This document shows positions 12,378 to 23,820 of a stretch of DNA of 64,000 nucleotides, piece after piece. The DNA comes from Scyliorhinus canicula (taxonomy: Eukaryota), in the NCBI RefSeq assembly GCF_902713615.1, contig NC_052169.1, positions 14,590,439-14,654,438 of the forward strand, written 5' to 3'. The notes beneath the pieces were generated by a model, which saw only the letters and a program-made list of their open reading frames with translations, was not told the DNA's origin and ran no database searches. Numbering within the stretch: the first letter of the stretch is position 1; each line of letters starts with the position of its first letter. The translations under genes and the position numbers were made by a program.

Positions 12378-12892
12378 TGTGATATGGGGAGCACACGGCC
12401 CACTCTACAGGTGTGGTACAGCAGATATGGAAAAGTATTTTTTAAAGCAAAACAATGTTTATTCTAATGAACTCAAGTTAACCTTTTTAAAACATACAGT
12501 GAACATCTTAGCAACCATCAATTCAAATACAACCCCCAAAGAATACAACACTAAGTAATCCTTAATAACTTCCCAAACAACATCCGAAAGACAAAAGAAA
12601 CACCTTTTAGCAGAAGCACATCAGGTTTACATTCACGACCGAAAACATTTATAATTCTGGATTCACCAAATGATCAAGAGATAGCCTTTTCATTGCAGAC
12701 AGATCAACAGTACACCTGCTTTGTCTGGCTTCAGCTCCAACACTGAAATGAAACAAAAAAAAACACAGACACACCCAGCTTTTCTCAAAGTGAAACTAAA
12801 AAGCAGAACCAGAGCTCAGCTCCACCCACACTCTGACATCACTGCAGTAACATGAGCAGGCAGACATTTCTTAAAGTGACATTCTCATGACA
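12378..12892 (-). mobile_element. Solo LTR, same family as 8353-8906
   Basis: Reverse complement starts tgtcatgagaatgtcactttaagaaatg versus tgtcatgtgagagtgcctttaagaaatg; imperfect GAT(T) flanks. Confidence 0.75.
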
Positions 12893-13121
12893 GATTGAAC
12901 CCGAATCTCTCCCACTCTTACCATCTGCCAGTGACACATGTCGGAAGGAGTAATAAGTTGGTACTCAACCTGTTTGGCCACGTGATGAACGCACCTTGCT
13001 TGCTCATCAAGTCTTGGGGTGGGACCCGACCCCCGAGGCTCTGGCTCAGAGTAAAGGACACTAACCTACTGCACCGCAAAGCCACGATTATGATATGGCA
13101 AAGTATTAACATAATAGTAAG

Positions 13122-13388
13122 TTATTATTGTTACAAGTAGGCTTACATTAACACCGCAATGAAGTTACTGTGAAAAGTCCACTCTGGCGCCTGTTTGGGT
13201 ACACTGAGGGAGAATTCAGAATGTCCAATTCACCTGACAGCACATTTTTCGGGACTTGTGGGAGGAAACCGGAGCACCCGGAGACACAGGGGGGAATGTG
13301 GAGACTCCGCACAGACAGTGACCCAAGCCGGGAATCGCACCCGGGACCCTGGCGCTTTGAAGCAACAGTGCTAACCAATGTGCTACCA
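13122..13388 (-). mobile_element. V-SINE with tail-c
   Basis: Reverse of head, V-domain and cttttcacagtaacttcattg tail. Confidence 0.85.
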
Positions 13389-13692
13389 TGAAGAGATGTT
13401 TACGGAAGAGGAAAACCATTTGTTCCATTTTAACATACAGATGGAGAAAAAAAAGGCGCACCTGACGAGCGATGCAAGTGATTTTCAAATGATCTGAAAG
13501 TTCCCACTTTGAATATTTGGAGCCCAATCAGGTTTCTGATCACTGCGCGAATGAAGAATAGCCTCGCTGATTCAGTAGTTTGAAACCATATTCCATTGCC
13601 CTACTCTCAAAATTTAAAGTGATGGATTTACATTGTCCATTCCCTTAACTGGGTCCGAGATCTTTGTAAAGATCCAGCTCTCTTGAAGATAG

Positions 13693-14220
13693 TGTCACAA
13701 CACCCTGGGCTGGTGCACGGTCAACTCCAGCCCCACTTGATCCGGTCGCAACACAATTGAAGGAACAAATAATTTTCAGAAAAATACCCCAAAGTCTTTG
13801 ACCTTGCCTGCCCAATAATTACAGTCACTAGGTTGGTAAGTTTAAACACAATTACTGTTTATTTGTAACAAGAACTACAATGAGATATGCAGCAAATACA
13901 ACTGGTTAACTATTATCTCATTCCTAATTCTCTGCTTTAACTTACCCCCCACCCTCTACACACAAACACACAAGACAAAAAACAGAGGGGAAGAGAGGGG
14001 GTGAATATGAATAAGTAAAAGGGAAGAACAATCTTTGCTTCAGGTGGTTGTCTTTAACACTGTCCTTCAAACCAGGCATTGAGGTTGAAATTTCTGCTTT
14101 CCAGTCTGTAATGGTTTTCACTGTAGATTCATTCAGGTCTCTGCAGTTTCAGACACTCAGAAGAAGAGAGAGAGCAAGAGGGAGGAGAGCAAGAGAGAGC
14201 AGTCCTTTTCTCTTGTGTGT
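13693..14220 (-). mobile_element. LTR-like fragment
   Basis: Starts TGTCACA with LTR-like composition; right end interrupted by a SINE head. Confidence 0.35.
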
Positions 14221-14280
14221 CCAGGAGACCTCGGCGTCATGAGACAGCAGTGCTAACCACTGGGCCACCGTGCTGCCCAG

Positions 14281-14685
14281 GCTGGGACCTTTTTCTCGGG
14301 AGTGTAGGAGGCTTAGGGACGATCTTATAGAGGTCTATAAAATAATGAGGGGCACCGATAAGGTGGAGGTACCTTTTCCCAAAGGTGGAGGAGTCTCGGA
14401 CTAGAGGGCATAGGTTTCAGGTGAGAGCAGAGATACAAAAAGGCCCACAGGGGCAATTTGTTCACACACAGGGTGGTGTGTGTCTGGAACGAGCTGTCAG
14501 AGGCAGTAGTAGAGGAGGGTATAATTTTGTCTTTTAAAAAGCAATTAGACAGTTATATGGGAAAGCAGGGTATAGAGGGATATGGGCCAATTGCGGGCAA
14601 TCGGGACTAGCTCAGTGGTTAAAAACTGGGCAGCATGGACAAGTTGGGCCGAAGGGCCTGTTTTCATGCTGTAAACATCTATGAC
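14281..14685 (+). mobile_element. CR1 LINE 3' fragment
   Basis: ggaggcttagggacgatcttatagagg..ttgggccgaagggcctgttttcatgctgta tail. Confidence 0.8.
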
Positions 14686-14962
14686 TCAACTCTGCGTTCC
14701 TTAGGTCCCTGTAAATCAACCCACTCAGACAGGATTCTATCACCACCTGTTACCCTGCAGAATACGGCCTTTTGGCCAATTCATTACCAGCCAATCGAAG
14801 CGAGTCCCACCCCATCTCTCGGGTGCCGGGAAGTCTGGGCTTTGTTGCCCAAGGCTAGCAGCACGATATACTTCAGTGCAATTTTTGACTACCTCATTCT
14901 CTCTGCTGCTTGACTTAAAGATCATGTCCATCGAGAACCGAGGGGTCAAAATGTTAACGACG

Positions 14963-15195
14963 TTAAAAAAAAATTAAATTTGGAGTACCCAATTATTTAT
15001 TTTTTTCCAATTAAGGGCCAATTTAGCATGGCCAATCCAACTACCATGCACATCTTTTTGGGTTGTGGGTGTGAAACCCACGCAGACACGGGGAGAATGT
15101 GCAAACTCCACACGGACAGTGACCCAGGGCCGGGATTTGAACCAGGGTTCTCAGCGCCGCAGTCCCAGTGCAAACCACTGCGCCACATGCCGCCC
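14963..15195 (-). mobile_element. Short V-SINE subfamily
   Basis: Same structure as 3285-3511. Confidence 0.85.
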
Positions 15196-15943
15196 TAATA
15201 ACGGCAAAAATAAAGGAAGGGGAAATAAAGGAATCAACAGGTAGGACCATTACAGTAGGTCATTTAAGAGTTTACATCAATTGTAAAGGGATCAATTGTA
15301 ATTTTCGTGTAAGTTTCAAGGAGGGTTTTAAAGGTGGAATGAGAGCTGGAGGGGTGGAGAGGTTTAAAATGTTCATAATTTGAAACTACCTCGACGTACC
15401 CTCTGACTTTAACATTGGAGCTAATGGTCAACTGAGATTGACAACAGTAGATTGCAGCCTTTGGATTGGATTTTCGTGGGCATTCTCCCATTGCAGGGCG
15501 CTTTTTGGCCGTGGTCAGGGGATCACATAAATTACGAGAGATGACAGGCCCACGGTCTGGGCAGAAGGGATTTACCAGTACGGTACCGGGGTTCAGGGAC
15601 TGCAGTTACATAGAAGAGATTGGACAGGCTGGAGATTCTGTCCTTCACACAGACAAGAATGAATAGATTTGATAGGAGGTTCAAAACCATGGATGGCTCT
15701 GACAGACTAAGGATGGGTAAACTGTTTCCAGTGGTAGAATAGTCAGTTACCAGAGGACACCTGGGCGGGGTGTTCTTTCAGAGCGCTGGTGCAGACTCGA
15801 TGGGCCAAATGGCCTCATTGTAAGTTTCTATGGACACTGTTGCAAGGCCCTGAATTTTCCGAACACTCTGATTGTGGGAACAGAGACAGGCGGAGCCCAA
15901 AGATCCTTAAGCCAATCAACATGCCGGCTTCCTGAGCCCATTT

Positions 15944-16291
15944 GGGGCAGCACGGTAGCATTGTGGTTAGCACAATTGCTTCACAGCTCCAGGGTCCCAG
16001 GTTCGATTCCCGGTTTGGGTCACTGGCTGTGCGGAGACTGCAAGTTCTCCCCGTGTCTGCGTGGGTTTCCCCGGGTGCTCCGGTTTCCTCCCACAGTCCA
16101 AAGATGTGCAGGTTAGGTGGATTGGCCCTGCTAAATTGCCCTTAGTGTCCAAAATTGCCCTTAGAGTTGGGTGGGGTTACTGGGTTATGGGGATAGGGTG
16201 GAGGTGTTGACTTGGGTAGGGTGCTCTTTCCAAGAGCCGGTGCAGACTCGATGGGCCGAATGGCCTCCTTCTGCACTGTAAATTCTATGAA
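15944..16291 (+). mobile_element. Full-length V-SINE
   Basis: gggcagcacggtagcattgtggttagc head (box A/B), V-domain and aaattctatga tail. Confidence 0.92.
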
Positions 16292-16315
16292 CATTCCTGT
16301 TGTTCAGCTTCAGTT

Positions 16316-18886
16316 GTTCAAGGGTAGCAGCGAGAGCAGTAACCAGGGGGCTGTCAAGAGGTAGTTTCCCGCTTTAAAAACTTACCTTACAGGAGAAGCG
16401 GCCTATTTTTTTTTTTTCCAGAGTTTTTTTTGTTTCAGAGCAGCAGGAAACCGGAAGTCGGCCGTGGGGATTTCTGGGAAAGTGTGCAGTACCTGTATAT
16501 AAGTTGGGTGGTTGATAAACCCGAGACACTACACTTGTAGTGTCCCTCATCCTCCCACCTCCTCTAACCTAAGGGGATGAGTGAATATCAGGTAAGCTCT
16601 TCCTTTCTTTTTCTTGTTTTATCTAGAGGGGATGGCAGGGAAGGCAGTGCAATGTTCCTCCTGCAGAATGTTTGAGGTGAGGGACGCCGTCAGTGTCCCT
16701 GCTGATTTCACCTGTGGGAAGTGCAGCCATCTCCAGCTCCTCAGAAACTGTGTTAGGGAACTGGAGCTGGAGTTGGATGAACTTCGGATTATTCGGGAGG
16801 TGGAGGTGGTCATAGATAGAAGCTTCAGGGATGTAGTTACTCCGAAGAATGAAGATAGATGAGTGACAGTGAGAGGGGCTGGGAGGAAGCAGTCAGTACA
16901 GGGATCCCCTGTGGTCATTCCTCTTAGTAACAAGTATACCGCTTTGGATACTGGTGGGGGATGGGGGACTTACCAGGGGCAAGCCATTGGGTACAGGTCT
17001 CTGGCACAGAGTCTGTCCCTGTTGCTCAGAAGGGAAGGGGGGAGAGGAGAAGAGCATTAGTCATTGGAGATTCCATAGTCAGGGGGATAGATAGGAAATT
17101 CTGTGGGAACGAGAGAGACTCTCGGTTGGTGTGTTGCCTCCCAGGTGCCAGGGTCCGTGATGTCTCAGATCGTGTTTTCGGGATCCTTAAGGGGGAGGGG
17201 GAGCAGCCCCAAGTCGTGGTCCACATAGGCACCAACGACATAGGTAGGAAAAGGGATAGGGATGTAAGGCAGGAATTCAGGGATCTAGGGTGGAAACTTG
17301 GAGCTAGAACAAACGGAGTTATTATCTCTGGGTTGTTACCCGTGCCATGTGCTAGCGAAACAAGGAATAGGGAGAGAGAGCAGTTGAACACGTGGCTACA
17401 GGGATGGTGCAGGAGGGAGGGTTTCAGATACCTGGATAATTGGGGCTCCTTCTGGGGTAGGTGGGACCTCTACAAATGGGACGGTCTACACCTGGACCAG
17501 AGAGGTACCAATATCCTGAGGGGGGAAATTTGCTAATGCACTTCGGGAGGGTTTCAACTAGTTCGGCAGGGGATTGGGAACCTGAATTGTCGCTCCAGTA
17601 CACAAGAAGCTGAGAATAGTGAGGTCATGAGTAAGGTTTCAAGGTTGCAGAAGTGTACCGGCAGGCAGGAAGGTGGTTTAAAGTGTGTCTACTTCAACAC
17701 CAGGAGCATCCAGAATAAGGTGGGTGAACTTGCAGCATGGGTTGGTACCTGGGACTTCGATGTTGTGGCCGTTTCGGAGGCATGGCTAGAACAGGGACAG
17801 GAATGGTTGTTGAAGGTTCCGGGGTTTAGATATTTCAGTAAGCTCAGGGAAGGTGGTAAAGAGAGGGAGGGGTGGCATTGTTAGTCAAGGACAGTATTAC
17901 AGTGGCAGAAAGGACATTTGATGAGGACTCGTCGACTGAGGTAGTATGGGCTGAGGTTGGAAACAGGAAAGGAGAGGTCACCCTGTTAGGGATTTTCGAT
18001 AGGCCTCCGAAAAGGTCCAGAGATGTAGAGGAAAGGATTGCAAAGATGATTCTGGATAGGAGCGAAAGTAACAGGGTAGTTGTTATGGGGGACTTTAACT
18101 TTCCAAATATTGAAATGAAAATTGCTTATTGTCACGAGTAGGCTTCAATTAAGTTACTGTGAAAAGCCCCTAGTCGCCACATTCCGGCGCCTGTATGGGA
18201 AGGCTGGTACGGGAATCGAACCGTGCTGCTGGCCTGCTTTAAAAGCCAGCGATTTAGCCTGGTGAGCTAAACCAGCCCTATTGACTGGAAACGCTATAGA
18301 TCGAGTACTTTAGATGGGTCCGTTTTTGTCCAATGTGTGCAGGAGGGTTTCCAGACACAGTATGCAGATAGGCCAACAAGAGGCGAGGCCACATTGGATT
18401 TGGTACTGGGTAGTGAACCAGGACAGGTGCTAGATTTGGAGGTAGGTGAGCACTTTGGTGATAGTGACCACAATTCAGTTACATTTACTTAAGTGATGGA
18501 AAGGGATAGGTATATACCGCAGGGCAAGAGTTATAGCTGGGGGAAAGGCAATTATGATGCGATGAGGCAAGACCTAGGATGCATAGGCTGGGTTAGGAAA
18601 CTGCAGGGGATGGGCACAATTGAAATGTGGAGCATGTTCAAGGAACAGCTACTGCGTGTCCTTGATAAGTATGTACCTGTCAGGCAGGGAGGAAGTGATC
18701 GAGCGAGGGAACCGTGGTTAACTAAAGCAGTTGAATCACATGTCAAGAGGAAGAAGGAGGCTTATGTAAAGATGAGACGTGGAGGTTCGGTTAGGGCGCT
18801 CAAGAGTTACAAGTTAGCTAGGAAGGACCTAAAGAGAGAGCTAAGAAGAGCCAGGAGACATGAGAAGTCTTTGGCAGGTAGGATCT
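16316..18886 (+). mobile_element. CR1 LINE 5' half: 5'UTR, ORF1 (Zn-finger and SGNH/GDSL esterase), ORF2 APE endonuclease; RT missing
   Basis: ORF1 AVQCSSCRMF..CGKC, VIGDSIVRG, HIGTNDI, DGLHL. ORF2 YFNTRSI, AVSEAWL, VMGDFNFPNI, SDHN. Stops and frameshifts present; homology ends abruptly at 18886. Confidence 0.92.
18114..18278 (-). mobile_element. Short (~165 bp) tRNA-SINE lacking the V-domain (SINE-B)
   Basis: GGGCTGGTTTAGCTCA head, GGTTCGATTCCC box B, tail-c; 6-bp TSD TATTGA (18108-18113 / 18279-18284) splits CR1 FPNIDW. Confidence 0.9.
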
Positions 18887-19503
18887 AGTGTGCACATGAT
18901 GGGCCACACAACCCCTCACGTTGTCTTTTCAATTCTGACTCTGATGTCAAGATAAAGCAGGAGGAAGGAAGGTCACATTTGAATGAGCAGCTTTTGAGCT
19001 CGTCAAACAGGTCCTTGATTAATTCTGCCCTGGTGCAGATGAGGCCATTTGAACAGCTTTAATTCACAGTTCAATGTGAAAATTTTCATGCTCATTTAAG
19101 CCAGTAAGAGTCAATGATGATGTGAAAATCCCACCAATGACCGCAAGGTCATTAATGAATTTATTAAAGTTAATGTTGCATAATGTGTGTATTTATGATT
19201 TGATGCCTTTTTCCTCACATGGTTCCTACCCCTGCTTAAGGCCAACATGATGCGTGTACCATTCCCTCCCTATCGAAGGTAAGTGGAACAATCCACTTTT
19301 TTCTCTCTCTGTGGCAATAAGCAGTCCACCTTTTTCCAGCATTCACTTGTGCAACAGTTGCGTTTATGATGTTGATTTCACAACAGTAAAACATCCCGAG
19401 ATGTTCAGACCATAAAACGTCATTCACCACCCTGACTTGGAAATATATCGCCGTTCCTTCACTGTCGCTGGGGCAACATCCAGAAATTCCCCCCCTAACA
19501 GCC

Positions 19504-19823
19504 CGGTAGCATTGTGGATAGCACAATCGCTTCACAGCTCCAGGGTCCCAGGTTCGATTCCGGCTTGGGTCACTGTCTGTGCGGAGTCTGCACATCCTCC
19601 CCGTGCCTGCGTGGGTTTCCTCCGGGTGCTCCGGTTTCCTCCCACAGTCCAAAGATGTGCAGGTTAGGTGGATTGGACATGATAAATTGCCCTTAGTGTT
19701 GGGTGGGGTTACTGGGTTATGGGGATAGGGTGGAGGTGTTAACCTTGGGTAGGGTGCTGTTTCCAGGAGCCGATGCAGACTCGGTGGGCCAAATGGCCTC
19801 CTTCTGCACTGTAAATTCTATGA
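19504..19823 (+). mobile_element. V-SINE inserted in a LINE tail
   Basis: Splits a 3' fragment (about 19370-19960) of the LINE family seen at 59135-60592. Confidence 0.88.
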
Positions 19824-20436
19824 ACAGCACAGTGGGTGTACCTACACCTCCGGGACTGCAGCGGGTTCAAGAAGGCAACTCACCGCCACCACCTTCTGAA
19901 GGACAACTTGGGATGGGCAATAAATGCCGGCCTAACCAACATCCCATAAATGAATTTGGAAAAATTTCACGGCACCCTCCTCAGTTCCCACCCCTTCGCA
20001 GTGTCAAAATGCCAATGTCCCGGCACTGCCAGGTTGGCACATCTGGTCTCCCGTTTTTGGAAATCAGTAGTGCTTCCCGTTGGCTTTACATTGCGGCAGC
20101 AGGCGTGAGAATTGAAGGGCCCCGGTAAATTTGGTTGACAGCAGAGTCTGCATATTGGAACTGAAATATACTAACCTAGTTCACGGCCAGCAGCGACGTG
20201 AACCAGATTATGTCTCTAGCCAGGGGCAGGAAGAAAGGGCATCACCACATCAAAACCAGTTAAGTGCTTTCTGCTGTGAAAAAAAGAGGAAGTGAAAGCA
20301 CTTAGCTCCTAGGTGTTCATAAACATAGTGGTTAGCTTCACAGCATGGTACTTGAGATGCAGTCTAGCATGATGGAAAATAAAAATAAATAATCCAGATA
20401 CCTGACATTCTAGAAGCAATTACTCTGTCAAGAAGA

Positions 20437-20629
20437 AGTCTTACAACACCAGGTTAAAGTCCAACAGGTTTGTTTCAAACACGAGCTTTCGGAGCACGGC
20501 TCCTTCTTCAGGTGAAGGAGCCGTGCTCCGAAAGCTCGTGTTTGAAACAAACCTGTTGGACTTTAACCTGGTGTTGTAAGACTTCTTACTGTGCTCACCC
20601 CAGTCCAACGCCGGCATCTCCACATCATG
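20437..20629. mobile_element. Penelope-like terminal-repeat insertion arranged as a perfect inverted repeat
   Basis: 74-bp perfect arms 20433-20506 / 20514-20587, 7-nt spacer TTCAGGT; TCTGTCAAGAAGA at 20424-20436 and 20630-20642. Confidence 0.85.
20481..20515 (-). ncRNA. Minimal type I hammerhead ribozyme motif
   Basis: Minus strand TCAC-CUGAAGA-A-GGAGC(CGU)GCUCC-GAAA-GCUC-GUG; core intact, palindromic AGCU helix III, predicted cleavage after C20483. Activity untested. Confidence 0.65.
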
Positions 20630-20829
20630 TCTGTCAAGAAGAGCTTACTAAAAGCTTTAAATCTTTAAAAGTGAAGAGAAGTCTCGCAGATTAAAGGGTC
20701 TGAGGGGGTTTAAAGCCTTGCGATGTGCTTTTGCTTTCTTTGAACTAACAGCTGCTGATTTCGACACTTCTGTCTGAAGGTGTGAGGGACAGGTAAGTGA
20801 ATAAGCGGTGATCTTTCATTGTTTCTGCC

Positions 20830-21309
20830 TGGACTACTCTTTAGTTTCCAAGCAGGAGTGACTGATGGTAGCATTCTATGATACGGCGGGTCTGATGATT
20901 GGGTTTCATCGGGGATCATAGGGGGGTCTCTGATTGTGGGGGCGGGGGGTCTGGTGGGCGGCCATGGAGGAGTCAGGTCACCCTCATGTGTGCGTGCTGT
21001 TGGGGGAGGGGGGTTAACAAAGTAATTCCCATGTTGGTGGAGGGAGGATGTCCCCACTTGCCAGAGGGTGAGGGAAGGATTTGCATTGTGGCCGGGGGGG
21101 GGGGGGGGGGGGGGGGGGGGTTTAGCTGCCACCAGTCCGCTGCTGCCATTTTGAGCGGACAGCCTGATAACAAGATTTAGAACGGAACCCTGGGAGCTCA
21201 CCGTCATACATGAATTTGCTTGTCGAGGGGGAGTGCCTCTCCTGGGCACTGGTCCTAGTGCCGGCGCAGACCAGGGTGAACATAGTCTCCCAAACGGAGA
21301 ATCCTGCCC
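20830..21309. mobile_element. G-rich non-autonomous Harbinger-like element
   Basis: Ends in GGAGAATCCTGCCC (21296-21309); long G run near 21090-21120. Confidence 0.5.
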
Positions 21310-22594
21310 CAAGTGTCACTTCGGACGGGAAAACCAGTCCGGAACCCGTCGTTTGTCCTGGCGGGATTCCCATCGCAATTATCCCGCATTCAGTCATTAT
21401 TTTGGAGCCTGGGATGAAACCCGGGCGAGAAAGTGATGCGCGGGACCCGAAGACACAGCGAGGCCGGCTCCGCAGGAAAAACTGGGAACCGAGGTCCTGT
21501 TGGCACCATCGCCGTGATGGAGAGTGCCAAGGGTGTCCTGCAGGGTGTTTTTTACTCGTTCGAGGGACGCTGGCTGAGCCAGCGCTTGCTGCCCATCCCT
21601 AATTGCCCTTGAGGGGACAGTTAAGAGTCAACCACATGGCTGTGGGCTTGGAGTCACACGTAGGCCAGACCGGGTAAGGATGGCAGATTTCCTTCTCTAA
21701 AGGACACCTGATCTCAAGCTGAGAGTGTAGCCTCCCTCCCGCTCCAAGGTTCACTGGCACTGTGGCCTGGCCAAAGTGTCTCCCTTCAGGCCCCGCCCTC
21801 CACTAGCCAGCATCGAACACCCCCCCAAACTTCGGCACCAGCCCCTCCCCCCCCCCCGCAAAGTCAGTGATTCCCCACTAAGGGGAAATCCACCCCCCCC
21901 CCCCCCCCCCACCGTTTCATGTCTGACCCTCAATCCCCCCACCCCGCTTTTATGGCCATTTACCCCTTTCAGTCCCCACCCCTTGGCAGTGCCAGTGCAC
22001 TGCCCTGCCCTGTCCCCCTTCTGGTACGCCAAAGGCCTCCATGCCCCCTGGCGTGGTCAGCATGCCCGGTCTCCATTGGTGGAGGCCAGCAGTGATCCCT
22101 GCCAGCCTCGTACTTCGCCAGCGGGAGGGGGGGGGAATCCCAGGATCCGGGCGACTCCGACCTCAAATGGTCCGAGCGCATTTAAATAAACAAGGAGAAT
22201 GGTGGAGTCGACACTTCTCGCCAGAGTCTATTTGCTCGCCGGACGGCCCAGAAGACAGGCCTTTCTTTCAATTTGCGGCCACTCTTGCGCAGAATTCCTC
22301 CTCCTCTTCTTTATTTCGCCCTCCCCACCGGAGTTCCTGCTTTAATTTTAATAAACTCCAAAGGCTGTATGACTGACCAAGTGGATGATGTAGCCGTTCA
22401 TTTGCCAGACCAGCAGAGCAGCAAGTGAGGAAAGAAAGCTAGGCGTATCACTGACAGGCGGAATCGGTAGTGTCACTTCTAGTGTGCTGTTTATACTGCC
22501 ATACTTCATTGAACGTTAATATCTCACACCATATGCTCAGGCAGGACAGCCGCAGAGCGCCTGCTAAAAAGCTGTCAAATTTACTGTTAAGTCA

Positions 22595-22930
22595 AAGGGA
22601 GAACTTGTATTTATGCACCACCTTCCACGACCTCGGGATGTCCCAATGTTTTATAGGTAATACTCGGTGACATATCGGCCTTGTTCCTGTGCAAGAAAAC
22701 GAGGCAGCCAGTTTCTGCGCTCCCAAAAAACTGCAAATTGGTAACTAGGTATTCCACTTACTTTGTGACTTTCGTTGGGACCAATTATTGACTCGGACAG
22801 CCCAGGGCTCCCTCCTTCTTTACTTTGAAATGGTGCCGCGGAATCTCTGACATTCACCTCGACCAGGCCGCAGTTTAGTGCCTCCTCCTGGAAGACGGGA
22901 CAGTGCAGCATTCCTACAGCACCGCACTGG
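22595..22930 (-). mobile_element. DeuSINE (SacSINE1-like), diverged
   Basis: Reverse strand gctgcactgtc..ttccaggaggaggcactaaactgcggcc..gattccgcggcacc resembles the recalled Deu-domain; tail gtggaaggtggtgcataaatacaag. Confidence 0.6.
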
Positions 22931-22944
22931 AGCGCAAAGAACAA

Positions 22945-23268
22945 TACGACACAGGAACAGACCCTTCGGCCCTCCAAGCTTGCGGCGACCATGGTACCTG
23001 CCTTAAACTAAAATTGTATGCGCTTACAGAGTCCGTATCCTTCCATTCCCACCCCATTCATGTATTTGTCTAGATGCCCCTTAAATGCCACAATTGTACC
23101 TGCTCCCACCACCTCCCCAGGCAACGTGTTCCATACATTTACCACCTCCTGTGTAAAAGAACTTGCCTCGCACATCTGTTCTAAACTTTTCCTCACGCAC
23201 TTTAAACCTATGTCCCCTAGAACCTGACTCTCCAACCCTGGGAAAGAGTATCTGACTGTCCGCCATGA
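22945..23268 (-). mobile_element. CR1 LINE 3' fragment
   Basis: FTQEVVNVWNTLP..FKGHLDKYM on the minus strand plus tail. Confidence 0.8.
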
Positions 23269-23382
23269 TGCTCACGCCCTCAAGTCTTAGGAGCAGGATT
23301 CAAACCCTGAACCTTCAAGAGCCAGGGGCGGGTGTGCTGCTGAATGAGCCACAGTGCTGACCTGACATATTTTTTTAAGCTG

Positions 23383-23570
23383 AGGTCTGGTTTAGCACAG
23401 CGGGCTAAATAGCTGGCTTGTAATGCAGAACAAGGCCAGCGGCGTGGGTTCAATTCCCGTACCGGCCTCCCCAAACAGGCGGCGGAATGTGGCGACTAGG
23501 GGCTTTTCACAGTAACTTCACTGAAGCCTACTTGTGACAATAAGCCGCGATTATTATTATTATATTATTA
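23383..23570 (+). mobile_element. SINE-B
   Basis: ggtttagcacag..gggttcaattcccgtacc head, tail-c and (ATT)n. Confidence 0.85.
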
Positions 23571-23820
23571 TCGCAGGATTTTGTGGAAAACAAATTACAA
23601 ACAACAGCCGAGTTAGGATCAGACCCCAATGTTTGTTAAGATACTGGGCAAGAAGCCCAAACACTCTTATAAAAATTTGTTAAATTGTGAAGAAAGGATA
23701 CTTTGCTCGAGGAGTGATTCAACCGACAGATACGTATGTGTTATATTGAAACAAACCTTATTATCAACACAGGATTAAACTACATTAACAGCACAGAAAA
23801 TAGCTTTTCAATTAACAATT

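Noticed and set aside
15942-16152. Recurrent ORFs such as MGSTVALWLAQLLHSSRVPG and MDTKGNLAWPIHL
   Set aside because: These are translations of V-SINE copies repeated dozens of times in the window; not genes.
20710-22189. Long Pro/Gly-rich ORFs (also 30659-31397 and 34444-35117)
   Set aside because: They arise from G/C homopolymer runs and microsatellites in non-autonomous elements; run lengths may also be sequencing artefacts.
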